From an uncultured bacterium (GTDB taxonomy: Bacteria; Patescibacteriota; Minisyncoccia; UBA6257; 2-01-FULL-56-20), in contig CAVOJZ010000002.1 in NCBI GenBank assembly GCA_963696395.1, forward strand, positions 784,619 through 848,618: DNA of 64,000 nucleotides, in the 5' to 3' direction. The stretch's first letter is position 1. Every line of letters begins with the position of its first letter. A model generated the notes under the pieces. That model was not told where the DNA came from. It saw only the letters and a program-made list of their open reading frames with translations, and searched no databases. Made by a program: the position numbers and the translations under genes. Of this stretch, positions 20,363-30,400 are shown piece after piece.

Positions 20363-21292
20363 ATGCATAGAACGTTTTTGATATGGGTTGCCATTTTTCT
20401 CGTTGTCATTGGCGGGATCATTTTTCTTTTCTTGCGTTCTGGTTCAGGCGTCAGCACCAGTTCGCCTCATTCCGGCACCTTGCAGGTGGTTGCAGCCGAA
20501 AATTTCTGGGGCAGTTTGATATCGCAGATCGGTGGATCGCACGTGCAGGTTCTGAGCGTTGTTTCCGATCCGAATGCAGACCCTCATGAATATGAAAGCA
20601 ACACAACTGACGCGCGCGCCATTGCTACGGCAAATTATGTTATCGAAAACGGTGCGGGATATGATAGCTGGGCAGATAAACTGCTTGGCGCAAGTTCTGA
20701 TCAAAGCCGCAAGGTACTTAACGTGGCGATGTTGTTGGGAAAACAAGAAGGCGATAATCCTCACTTTTGGTATAGTCCCGATTACGTAAACCGGGTGACC
20801 GCCCAAATGGAACAAGATCTTATCGCGCTCGATCCCGCGGATGCTTCTTATTACGAAGCAAATTATAAAACGCTTCAAAGTTCACTAGGACAATATCAAA
20901 ACCGCATCGCTGCCATAAAGCAGCAATTCGGGGGAACGAAAGTCGCGGCCACCGAGGATATCTTTGCGTATCTTGCGGACGCATCGGGTCTCGACCTTGT
21001 CTCGCCGCCCGCCTTTATTCAGGCTGTTGCAGAAGGCAATGATCCTCCGGCGTCAAGTATCGTGGAGTTCGAGAATCAACTCAGGAGCGGAGGCGTACAG
21101 GTGCTCGTATATAACCAACAAACGGTGACTCCTCTCACCGAGAACATGAAGAAGCTCGCTGCAGACCAAGGCATACCGGTGATTGGTGTCACGGAAACGA
21201 TTCAGCCACCCGATGCTTCTTTCGAAGATTGGATGAATGCCGAACTGATAGAATTACAGAATGCCCTCAATGCAAAAACTCTCGGACAATAG
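20363..21292 (+). CDS. metal (Zn/Mn) ABC transporter substrate-binding protein, ZnuA/TroA-like
   Basis: DPHEYE and NPHFWYSP motifs of cluster A-I SBPs; N-terminal membrane anchor. Confidence 0.75.
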   Translation: MHRTFLIWVAIFLVVIGGIIFLFLRSGSGVSTSSPHSGTLQVVAAENFWGSLISQIGGSHVQVLSVVSDPNADPHEYESNTTDARAIATANYVIENGAGYDSWADKLLGASSDQSRKVLNVAMLLGKQEGDNPHFWYSPDYVNRVTAQMEQDLIALDPADASYYEANYKTLQSSLGQYQNRIAAIKQQFGGTKVAATEDIFAYLADASGLDLVSPPAFIQAVAEGNDPPASSIVEFENQLRSGGVQVLVYNQQTVTPLTENMKKLAADQGIPVIGVTETIQPPDASFEDWMNAELIELQNALNAKTLGQ

Positions 21293-22070
21293 TCTTATAG
21301 TCGCCGAAAATCTTTCGGCAGGATACCCGTCAAAAATTATTTGGAAAGACGCGAATTTTTCGATCGGCCGTGGCGAGTTTGTCGCCGTGCTTGGCCCGAA
21401 TGGTGCCGGCAAGACAACGCTGTTTCGAATGCTTCTGGGACTCACTCAGCCAACCGGAGGCTCGCTGACTGTTTTTGGTAACATGCCTCGCCGCGGTAAT
21501 TCCCGAATCGGCTATGTTCCGCAACAGCATCCCATTGACGAGGAAACGGGCGTTGAAGCACTTCAATTAGTCCGATTGGGGCTTGACGGAAACCATTGGG
21601 GCATCGGTTCTTCAAAAGGAATCGATGAGGCATATGAAGCCCTTCAGGTCGTTGGCGCACAAGAACTGGCACATCGGCCGCTCGGGCTGCTTTCGGGTGG
21701 TGAGCAGCAGCGAATTTTTCTTGCAGAAGCCCTGATCGGAAAACCAGATCTGCTCCTCCTTGATGAGCCCCTTGCCAATCTCGACATGCGCCGCGAGGCG
21801 AATTTTGTGCAACTTATCAACGACGTTGTGCGTTCACGCAACGTCACGGTTCTTCTTATCGCGCACAATATTAATCCGCTTTTGCCGGTGCTGGATCGGG
21901 TGATCTATGTTGCAAACGGCAACGTTACCGATGGCAAACCGTCTGAAGTTTTGACGTCGCAATCACTCACCGATCTCTACGGTATTCCTATCGAGGTTCT
22001 CAAAGATTCGCGGGGACGGATAGCCATTGTCGGCATGGATGACGCTCCGGAACACCATCACCATGAATAG
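21261..22070 (+). CDS. metal ABC transporter ATP-binding protein (ZnuC-like) with His-rich C-terminal tail
   Basis: GPNGAGKTT Walker A, LSGGEQQR signature, LLLDEP Walker B, C-terminal EHHHHE. Confidence 0.8.
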   Translation: MPSMQKLSDNSLIVAENLSAGYPSKIIWKDANFSIGRGEFVAVLGPNGAGKTTLFRMLLGLTQPTGGSLTVFGNMPRRGNSRIGYVPQQHPIDEETGVEALQLVRLGLDGNHWGIGSSKGIDEAYEALQVVGAQELAHRPLGLLSGGEQQRIFLAEALIGKPDLLLLDEPLANLDMRREANFVQLINDVVRSRNVTVLLIAHNINPLLPVLDRVIYVANGNVTDGKPSEVLTSQSLTDLYGIPIEVLKDSRGRIAIVGMDDAPEHHHHE

Positions 22071-22917
22071 CGTTACGTTCAGTTTTAATCTTGTCGCCGA
22101 CCTGCAGTCGATGGTGCAATACGATTTCATGCGGCATGCTTTTGAGGCGGGAACGATTGTTGCGATTGTTGCCGGAATCATCGGCTACTTTATTGTCTTG
22201 CGTCGTTCGTCTTTCGCGGCGCATGCGCTGTCGCATATTGGTTTCGCCGGGGCCGCCGGTGCGGTCCTCTTTGGAATTAATCCGATCGTAGGATTGCTTG
22301 TCTTTACGAGCGGCGGCGGTCTCGCGATGGCAACGTTAGGGAGGAAGGCGGCAAGCAGGGATGTCCAAATCGGAACCGTGCTCGCATTCATGCTCGGCCT
22401 TGGCGTTCTTTTCATTAGCTTATATTCCGGCTATGCCACTGAAGCGTATTCGCTTTTGTTCGGGGAGATCCTGGGGATCTCAAGCGGCGACGTTTTGGTA
22501 ACGTTTGTTGCCGCACTTGTTCTTCTCGGCGCGATCGCCGTCGTCTATCGTCCGCTCCTTTTTACGTCGCTCGATGAAGATGTCGCAGAAGCGAAAGGCG
22601 TATCCACTTTCTGGATGGGGGTCATATTCATGCTGCTCGTCGCAATCGCAACATCCATAGCGGTGCAGGTTGTCGGAGTCCTTTTGATTTTTGCGCTCAT
22701 GGTGACCCCGGCTGCGGTGGCGCAACGGATGGTTCGACGGCCCGCTCAGGGCATTTTCATTTCCGTAATGATCGCATTGCTGGCTACCTGGTTTGGACTT
22801 TTCGTATCTTTCTATGTTTCGTATCCTGTGAGTTTCTTTATTACCACCGCCACATTTGCCGTCTATCTTGCCACACGGTTATTTCAGGCCGTTACGACGC
22901 GCCACGTGATCGTTTAA
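22063..22917 (+). CDS. metal ABC transporter permease (ZnuB-like)
   Basis: Polytopic membrane protein; start ATG 22063 overlaps znuC stop (ATGAATAG). Confidence 0.75.
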   Translation: MNSVTFSFNLVADLQSMVQYDFMRHAFEAGTIVAIVAGIIGYFIVLRRSSFAAHALSHIGFAGAAGAVLFGINPIVGLLVFTSGGGLAMATLGRKAASRDVQIGTVLAFMLGLGVLFISLYSGYATEAYSLLFGEILGISSGDVLVTFVAALVLLGAIAVVYRPLLFTSLDEDVAEAKGVSTFWMGVIFMLLVAIATSIAVQVVGVLLIFALMVTPAAVAQRMVRRPAQGIFISVMIALLATWFGLFVSFYVSYPVSFFITTATFAVYLATRLFQAVTTRHVIV

Positions 22918-22965
22918 CGCATCATTTTTTTTACCAAAAAAGCGGGAAGCGAGAAACGTGGTAAA

Positions 22966-23075
22966 AGGAAAGCAACATGCACGAAAAAGGGTGTATCGGA
23001 CGAGCGTAGGCGAGGAGATGCAGCGCGTTTTCAGCAGAAAACGACGCGACCCTTTTTCGTGCATGTTGCTTTCCT
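22966..23075. repeat. 27-bp perfect inverted repeat (22966-22992 / 23049-23075) enclosing a 56-nt loop that contains copy B of the tRNA-Lys-flank element
   Basis: AGGAAAGCAACATGCACGAAAAAGGGT ... ACCCTTTTTCGTGCATGTTGCTTTCCT, verified base by base. Confidence 0.7.
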
Positions 23076-23076
23076 G

Positions 23077-23106
23077 GTGCCCCCCACGGGACAGATTTTG
23101 AACCAA
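23077..23106 (-). pseudogene. decayed tRNA-Lys-like 3' fragment (T-arm/acceptor remnant)
   Basis: TGGTGCCCCCCACGGGACAGATTTTGAACC resembles tRNA-Lys 3' end TGGTGCCCCCACGAGGATTCGAACC at 18110. A second tRNA-like remnant is near 23190-23262. Confidence 0.4.
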
Positions 23107-23270
23107 ATTCTCCAAGAAATAGCCGCGCTTTCTGAACTTTTGGGAATGGCGACAGCCAAAGGTGACGAAGTTGACGGTTCTACGATCGCCGCATGAGCCC
23201 CACCTCGCGGGATGAGTTTGAACCGTACCGAGGGCAATGTAGCGCGTGCACAGTACGCCACCCTCGCAAC

Positions 23271-24113
23271 TTAAAAACTTATCGTATCAAGATCAATTCC
23301 GAGAGAATTATCTTGGGGCAAATTATCGATTTTTAGATATTTTGTAGGGCTCCTGTCGTCAAATTCGAAATAAGGAGCAGGGAATCTAAAGGCCGAACCG
23401 ACAATTGAGCCGCAGAGATAGTCGTATTGCGAACCACCGGGAAGGCCGCCATTTTCCTGAAAAATTGTTTGTACGATCTCAGGCTTGATGTCGATCTTAA
23501 GCCTAGTTTTATGAGAGGTGGGAAGGGGAGGTTCGGCGAATGGAGAAGATGTACTATTGTCGGCATTTTGTATCGAGCAATCGTTTTTCTGCTGAGGAGT
23601 GAGTTTTGCATACCATTGGTTCATTATTATAGTCGGTGTGCTAGTGGCGTTTTTCCCGAAGATTTCCATGGTTAGTACGTCGTGAGTTAAATCTGATGAG
23701 CGGACGATTTGGCTAGAGCTCGTTTCGGTATAGATCGGAAAGTCATAATTTGGAAAGCCGTGATTCTGACAGTCCTCTTTGAAAAAGCTGACTCCCATCT
23801 CGGCAAATGACTGTCTAAACCAAACGCAGCCTTTGTCCGGAGCATAGCTTGGAAAACCCTCGGTGCCGTAAGGGGGAAGTGAAAAAAGATTGATCACGCT
23901 GAACATAATCATGCTGAGCACAACCCCGATCGCTATCCCGAACTGTATTCGGTACTCCTTCTTTCTGATCCAAGAGTAAAGCCCCAGAAGAAGGAAAAAG
24001 ACTGCCGATGCTTCAAACGATTCAAAATCGTGCAAGACATAAAGAAATATGACGGTTGCGATGGCGAAGCCGACTATGGAGCCCTGAAGGAGTTTCTCAA
24101 TCGACTTACTCAT
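23271..24113 (-). CDS. hypothetical membrane protein (lower-GC gene)
   Basis: 280 aa ORF, 3 TM helices at N-terminus; AT-rich codon usage distinct from neighbours. Confidence 0.5.
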   Translation of the reverse strand: MSKSIEKLLQGSIVGFAIATVIFLYVLHDFESFEASAVFFLLLGLYSWIRKKEYRIQFGIAIGVVLSMIMFSVINLFSLPPYGTEGFPSYAPDKGCVWFRQSFAEMGVSFFKEDCQNHGFPNYDFPIYTETSSSQIVRSSDLTHDVLTMEIFGKNATSTPTIIMNQWYAKLTPQQKNDCSIQNADNSTSSPFAEPPLPTSHKTRLKIDIKPEIVQTIFQENGGLPGGSQYDYLCGSIVGSAFRFPAPYFEFDDRSPTKYLKIDNLPQDNSLGIDLDTISF

Positions 24114-24172
24114 TTGTCGTTATAAAAATAGGATTTTCCTCTTCTGGCCAAGGCAATACTTTTCTCTATTCT

Positions 24173-24535
24173 CTAAACAATAGAACCGTCTTTCGACAAG
24201 CTTTCTCTCCATAATTCATATTGTGCAATTTGTTCACCGGTCTGGCCGATGAACGAATATGTGGCTTGTGTGCCAACAATTGCCGCGATTGGATCAGCCG
24301 GCGGCATCGTTATGAAATGTTCCGCCGGAAGATCGTACTCTTTCTTTTTGTCGAGAGTGAGGGTTAGGTAATAAACCGCGCCTGTGGCTAGTGTGAGCGT
24401 TAAAAACGCTTCAGCTCCTACTTGTTTTGATTTGAAGGTCATTGCGAAGTGGTTGTTCAATATAAATCCTACTCTGGGGTATCTGGAAGTCAAAGATCCG
24501 CGGATTCTCTCTTGGTTCGCTATCCTTCGCCCCAA
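24173..24535 (-). CDS. hypothetical small protein (uncertain; AT-rich region)
   Basis: ORF only; competing plus-strand ORFs. Confidence 0.25.
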   Translation of the reverse strand: MGRRIANQERIRGSLTSRYPRVGFILNNHFAMTFKSKQVGAEAFLTLTLATGAVYYLTLTLDKKKEYDLPAEHFITMPPADPIAAIVGTQATYSFIGQTGEQIAQYELWRESLSKDGSIV

Positions 24536-24559
24536 AGGTCGAAATCAATCACAACACAT

Positions 24560-24742
24560 ATGGGGCACAAAAAGAAAACACGGTACACACGACCGAGTAG
24601 GCGAGAGATACGGGAATTCAGAAAATTCTTGGGAGCAATAGCTGACCAATATAACGACGCCCAGATCGCCCAGCTTCGATGGGAGATGCATGAGTGGGCT
24701 GTACTCCTTCTCGATCTCTGGTTGCAACGTCAAAAAGAGTAG
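24560..24742 (+). CDS. hypothetical small basic protein (60 aa)
   Basis: MGHKKKTRYTRPSRREIREF...; followed by a clean terminator. Confidence 0.3.
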   Translation: MGHKKKTRYTRPSRREIREFRKFLGAIADQYNDAQIAQLRWEMHEWAVLLLDLWLQRQKE

Positions 24743-24771
24743 CGGTGCCGCGCTGGGGTTGTGGAGAACTC

Positions 24772-24802
24772 AAAAAGCGCTTGTGGCATAAGCGCTTTTT
24801 GA
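24772..24802. terminator. bidirectional intrinsic terminator
   Basis: AAAAAGCGCTT-GTGGCAT-AAGCGCTTTTT. Confidence 0.6.
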
Positions 24803-24859
24803 ACATCAAGACTAGAAAATATGCCGGATGCGGCAATTTTCCGATACTGGACAAACTTG

Positions 24860-24931
24860 TGCCCCCGTAGGGAGTTGAACCCCAACTTCGTGGTTCGAAG
24901 CCACGCGTGATATCCGTTTCACCACAGGGGC
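24860..24931 (-). tRNA. tRNA-Arg (anticodon TCG)
   Basis: Acceptor GCCCCTG/CGGGGGC, D-arm GTGA-AACGGATA-TCAC, anticodon stem CGTGG/CCACG with loop CTTCGAA, T-arm TGGGG-TTCAACT-CCCTA. Flanked by perfect 12-bp inverted repeat GCCGGATGCGGC (24819-24830) / GCCGCATCCGGC (24941-24952). Confidence 0.7.
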
Positions 24932-25013
24932 GCTTTCGGCGCCGCATCCGGCTGTGCGGGCGTCCGGATGAGCTACTCATATAGTATAGCGCCATCATGC
25001 TACAATTATTTTT

Positions 25014-25706
25014 ATGAATATTCCAATAACGATATTCGAGTTTGCCGTCCTCATCTTTTCCGCCGTGTTGCACGAAGTGGCGCACGGATATATGGCTCAG
25101 CGGCTGGGGGACAATACCGCCGAGCAAGCCGGACGTCTTACGCTCAATCCGCTCAAGCATCTCGACCCGTTCGGGTCGGTTTTGATGCCGATCCTTCTCT
25201 ACCTCGCATCCGGCGGGGCGTTTTTCTTCGCGGCGGCAAAGCCGGTTCCTTATAATCCGAACAATTTGCAGAATCCGCGCACCGGATCCGCGAAAATTGC
25301 GCTCGCCGGGCCGGGCACTAATTTTTGTATCGCGATCTTCTTCGGTCTTCTTTCGGTTGCAACGCCACTCGCCGCAGTTACGAAGCAGATGATCATTTCG
25401 GCGATCGTGAACGGTACGGCATTCACCGCAAGTGGATCGCTCGCAGGGCTTTATCTTTTCTTCCTGATTATTGCCTATATCAACGTTTTACTCGGAGTTT
25501 TTAACCTCGTTCCCATCCCGCCGCTCGATGGTTCGCGCGTCCTCTTTGCGGCGCTTCCGCAAACGGCGGCGACATTTAAGGCAATGTACTTTCTGGAGCG
25601 CTGGGGCTTGCTCATTGTTCTCTTGTTTGTATTTTTCGGATTCCAATTTATTATGCCGGTCATCGGATGGCTCTTTGCACTTTTCACGGGGCAGCTATTT
25701 AGGTGA
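25014..25706 (+). CDS. site-2 protease family (M50) intramembrane zinc metalloprotease
   Basis: HEVAHG (HExxH) in TM helix and NLVPIPPLDG (LDG) motif. Confidence 0.75.
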   Translation: MNIPITIFEFAVLIFSAVLHEVAHGYMAQRLGDNTAEQAGRLTLNPLKHLDPFGSVLMPILLYLASGGAFFFAAAKPVPYNPNNLQNPRTGSAKIALAGPGTNFCIAIFFGLLSVATPLAAVTKQMIISAIVNGTAFTASGSLAGLYLFFLIIAYINVLLGVFNLVPIPPLDGSRVLFAALPQTAATFKAMYFLERWGLLIVLLFVFFGFQFIMPVIGWLFALFTGQLFR

Positions 25707-25770
25707 TTTGGGGCTGTTTATAACTCAATATTCCTTTATTTATAGTCTGCGGTAAAATTTACATAAAGGC

Positions 25771-26736
25771 ATGAATTCCCCTAGATTGCGCGCGTTTTTT
25801 GTGGCCCTCGTTTTGTTTTTGGTATTGCTTGTGGTTCCGATTCTTTTGACAGCAAGCTTTTTCAGAACCAGTGATTCGATGACGACGCAGGCGATTGTTC
25901 AGCAGCAGACATTGTCCGACATTGCGGTGAGAGCAATCCAGACAAAAGTGGAACACCTGACATCGATCGCGACTTCGATGGCTGCCTCGCCGCAGCTCAT
26001 CACGGATTTTTCACAAAAAAATTGGACGGCGGCCTCTGCCGTTGCGAGAGACATGCAGAACAATGTGGATTTTTATGATTCGTTCATCGATCGGATAACC
26101 ATCCTCGACAATTCAGGAACTCAGCAAGCGGCGTTTCCGAAGCTCTCGGGCGGGATCGGTGCGAGCTTTTCAAGTTCATCATGGTTTGAATCCCTGGCAT
26201 CCGGTGCGCCTTCCGCAGTTTCCGGTGTGGTGAAGCGGGTTTCTACTCCACAGATACAGGTGATAAATATCGCCGCCCCGGTGAAACAAAATGGAGAAAC
26301 AGTCGGGTTTGTGGTTTTACAGATTCCTACCGATGATTTCCTTGCATTTGGACAAACCATCTCGCTTGGAACGTATGGGTTTGCATACATGGTGGATAGT
26401 TCGGCGAATATAATTGAGCATCCTCGATACACTTCGAATAACGACAGCGGCGTTGTGAATCTTTCTTCGGACCCCATCGTACGAGCAGTTCAACGGGGAG
26501 GGTCCGGCACGGTCATCTCAAACGATGGCGGCGAACCGAGCGTGTTAACCTATGAACCAATTTCACCTTACGGATGGGGATTGGTAACTCAAGAACCGTA
26601 TTCGGAGGTGTTTGCAACGCGGGACGATATCCTGGCGTCAATTGCATGGGAAATTGCTATCACGGTCTTCGTTGATTTGCTTCTGTGCTACTTAGTTTTC
26701 CGCATCATGATCGGAAAAAAATATGAAAAACAGTAA
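25771..26736 (+). CDS. membrane protein with extracytoplasmic Cache-like sensor domain and no output domain
   Basis: N-terminal TM, ~250-aa periplasmic domain with Cache-like pattern (GFAYMVDSSANIIEHP), C-terminal TM then stop. Confidence 0.45.
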   Translation: MNSPRLRAFFVALVLFLVLLVVPILLTASFFRTSDSMTTQAIVQQQTLSDIAVRAIQTKVEHLTSIATSMAASPQLITDFSQKNWTAASAVARDMQNNVDFYDSFIDRITILDNSGTQQAAFPKLSGGIGASFSSSSWFESLASGAPSAVSGVVKRVSTPQIQVINIAAPVKQNGETVGFVVLQIPTDDFLAFGQTISLGTYGFAYMVDSSANIIEHPRYTSNNDSGVVNLSSDPIVRAVQRGGSGTVISNDGGEPSVLTYEPISPYGWGLVTQEPYSEVFATRDDILASIAWEIAITVFVDLLLCYLVFRIMIGKKYEKQ

Positions 26737-27316
26737 ACGCGCCTTCACGTTAATAGAACTGTTGGTCGTCATCGCAATCATTGCGGTCCTGTCCGTTGTC
26801 GTCATTTTATCGCTGAACCCGGCGGAACTGCTTCGGCAGTCGCGAGATTCAAACCGGATCTCCGATTTCGCAACCATAAAGAGCGCCATCTCGCTCTACT
26901 TAATTGACGCGAGTGCGCCGAACCTCGCTTCATCGAGCGCAAGCTACGGTGGTTGTTATGTTTCAACAATAGCCGGAAACGGCACGACCTCCGCAAGGTG
27001 TGGCGTCTTCACGAATACGTATGCAACTTCGGATGTCAGTGCGACCGCAGCAACCTATCGCAAGACCGATTCAACCGGCTGGATACCGGTTAACTTTTCA
27101 GCATTGAGTTATGGGTCGCCGTTCGGGGCGCTCCCGGTTGATCCGGTCAATACTTCAAGCTCGTATTACGCCTATGCGGCAACGTCAACCGGCGGTTATT
27201 ATTTCGAACTTGATACTTTTTTGGAGAGCAAGAAATATGCACCAGATCTTACGAACGACGGGGGAGATAATCCAAATACCTACGAAGCTGGGAATCAGCC
27301 GGGGTTAACACTCTAG
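26723..27316 (+). CDS. type IV pilin/pseudopilin (N-terminal methylation motif)
   Basis: KRAFTLIELLVVIAIIAVL class III signal peptide (A instead of G at -1). Confidence 0.75.
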   Translation: MKNSKRAFTLIELLVVIAIIAVLSVVVILSLNPAELLRQSRDSNRISDFATIKSAISLYLIDASAPNLASSSASYGGCYVSTIAGNGTTSARCGVFTNTYATSDVSATAATYRKTDSTGWIPVNFSALSYGSPFGALPVDPVNTSSSYYAYAATSTGGYYFELDTFLESKKYAPDLTNDGGDNPNTYEAGNQPGLTL

Positions 27317-27451
27317 TGGACCATATCGGGGGACTTGTCGAACTCGGGAACAACTATTCATAAAGCATCTCCCCGGCGATTTGGAGTTTCTTGTCGGAGA
27401 GTCCTGGATAGAGATCCTTGAGAGCCACAAGATATCCCCAAGCATCTCTTA

Positions 27452-27459
27452 CCCCCCCC
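27452..27459 (+). repeat. homopolymeric C8 tract 33 nt upstream of the giant surface-protein start codon
   Basis: ACCCCCCCCA read directly. Confidence 0.8.
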
Positions 27460-27491
27460 AGAACAAGGTAAACTGATAGGTAAGAAACTCC

Positions 27492-30400
27492 ATGGTTGGC
27501 TGCCACAGATCATATACAAGACCCCTCTATATATTACTGGCCCTTGGGGTGGTCTTGTTTGGGATGCAGGGGAGGCAGGCAAAAGCGGCGATTATAGCCG
27601 GAACAGTTACGACCAGCACTTCTGCCGCGACTATAACTTCTTCGACTGTTAGCGTGAATATTGCAAGCAGTTCCAGTAGCGCGCTATTTGTCACGGTTGC
27701 TGATCAGTTTGGGGCAGTAGCGTCAGCAAGCTATAATGGTGTCCCAATGGTGAAATTATGGGGCGTTTTGGATGGAGCTGGAGTGACGGAAGATGCGGGG
27801 TTCATTCTCGGGAATCCTGCTACGGGAACCCATAACCTCATAGTGCAATGGGCGACGAATAATGGTGGCATCGACGCAATCATGGCGCAGCCCTATTACG
27901 GCGTCGCTCAAGGCAACACTACGAACACAACGTATCGCGCGCCGACATTTGGTAACGATGGAGGAAATACCACGACCACAGCAAAAGAAACGGTTTCAAA
28001 TGCGCAAAGCGGAGACGTCGTGATAGATGGTATTGGTAGTTATAGCGGACCGGCGTTGACCCCATCGTCCTCGCAGACCGTGAATTACGAAGTGACCAAT
28101 TTATTGAGCGATGGTTTTTCTATGGGCTCATCCTATGAGACCGCATCTGGAGCGACCACGATGTCTTGGACATTAACGCCGGCTGACTATTGGTCAATGG
28201 GCGCCGTGCCGCTCATACCGGCGACGATCCCTCCTACAATTTCTTCTTTTTCAGCAGCTCCTACCATAGTTGCCAATAACGGCACGTCAACTCTTTCGTG
28301 GAATGTGTCCGGGGCGACATCTCTCTCTATTAATAACGGCATCGGTACGGTGACAGGAACCTCGACCACGACCCCCGCGCTCGCAACGACTACCCTGTAT
28401 ACCCTTACCGCTGTAAATTCGAACGGCACGAGTACGGCAACAACAACCGTGACGGTGGATTCGCAAGCTCCCACCGTTCCTCAGAATCTTATCGCCACAA
28501 ACTCTACAAAGAATTCCATTTCTCTCAGCTGGGCGACCTCGACGGACAATATATCCGTTGCCGGCTATAACATTGATCGCTGCCTTGGTTCTTGTACGCC
28601 AACCTCGACGGTCGCCACGACGACGCAGACGTCCTATACGGACAGCGGCCTTGCCGCTTCAACAACCTATACCTATGCCATTTCCGCATTCGACGAAGTC
28701 GGAAATACGTCTGCGCTTTCTACTTCAACAATGGCATCCACTTCTGCATACGATGTCGCCTGTTCGGGAGATATAACGACAGCTCTTCAGAATGTCATTT
28801 CTGCTGCGACCGACGGGAATACCATCATCATCGGGCCAGGTACATGCACCATTTCGTCCGTAGTCACGTGGACAAACAAAAATATCACCGTGATGGGTTC
28901 GGGTATCGACGTAACCGATATCAACGCAGCACAGTCGGCATTCAAAATCACCATTACAAATCCTGCGGAAGCTGCATGGCGACTTTCTGGGTTCACCCTC
29001 CAAGGAACAAACTCTTCTAATACACTCATCAATGTGGATGGGACGGGCGCGGGTCAATGGACGTGGGGTTGGAGAATCGATCACGTCAAAGTTAATTATA
29101 GTGGTGTTGTGAGTAATGACCCGATGACTATTGATGGCGTCACCTACGGTTTGATTGATCACGATGACTTCATCGTCGCAGGCGGGGGTACGTTCATCCT
29201 CATGGCCGGATATATGAGTCCGGAAGACGGAAGTTCCATTTCAAAACTCCTTGGCCTTTACGACATGTCTCTTCCTTTGGATCTCGGCACGTATAAAGCG
29301 CTGTATATAGAAAACTGCACTTTCTCAGATAATGGATCTGGAAATTCATATTCTTCATTCGATTCCTCCGCCGGAGGAGCACGGGTTGTTTTCAGATACA
29401 ACACCCTGCAGGGTGTTGTCTACTCACACTGGACGAGAGGCGGCGAAATCGGTGGATTCAAATATGAAGTGTACAACAACGTCATGACCGGAGATTCTGG
29501 TAACCAGTTGCCTTTGCGGATGGAGGCGGGGACCGGAGTCATTTTTGATAACACAATCACTGGGTATGCCGATCAGCAATTCTGGATAGACGAACGACGT
29601 GGGCAGCAAGCACAAACCAGTAGCCCCACGCTCGCATGTGATGGTACCCACGCTTGGGACGGAAACATTGAAGCGAGCGGATGGCCATGTCTCGGACAAA
29701 TCGGGCGGAGTCCAGGTTCTGCTCCCGGCAATCAGACAACATCGCCTCTCTATGCTTGGAATAATGGAACGAGTACGGGATGCTCTACGGGTGGAAGTTG
29801 CATCAACTCAGTCAATTTAACAGTGTTTGATTTGGGAACCGGGATAGATCCGACTCTTTTTCTTAAGACGACGGGCAGCCCGCACACCAATGGAAATGTT
29901 GACTATGTGAATAACGGCTCGACACCGATGCCGGGATATACTCCGTTCACGTATCCATATCCTTTGAATGCAAATGGAATGCCATCATCGAGTACGATTC
30001 CCACCATCTCCTCCTTCTCTGCTTCTCCCCAAGAAGTCCTCTCCGGAGGAACCTCAACCCTCTCCTGGAGCGTCTCCAATGCTTCTTCTGTTCTCCTCAC
30101 GGGTACCGGCCTCAATCTTTCAACGACCACCCAGATCGGTTCCACAAACGTCAATCCCACAAGCACCACGATCTTTACCCTCTCTGCTTCAAACAGTAAT
30201 GGCACCTCAACCGCTACGACGACGGTTACTGTGACGAGCGCTGGCCAAACCATCTCCTTTGTCCAGTCAACGAGTTCCGCACCCAACTTTTTAGGGGGTG
30301 CCGGAACGACCACGGCTACTTTTGGCTCGAATACGACTGCAGGAGACTTCATTGTTGTAACGGTGGGAGGATCGGGTATCAGTTCTTTCCCAACGGGAAC

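Noticed and set aside
18030-23106. Considered the two copies of the tRNA-Lys 3' end plus flank as attL/attR of an integrated element
   Set aside because: The similarity extends ~60 nt beyond the tRNA 3' end in both copies, which a simple tRNA-3'-end att duplication would not give. No integrase is present in the window. Reported only as a possibility.
24618-25160. 180-aa minus-strand ORF
   Set aside because: Runs across tRNA-Arg, its flanking inverted repeat and the S2P promoter region; spurious.
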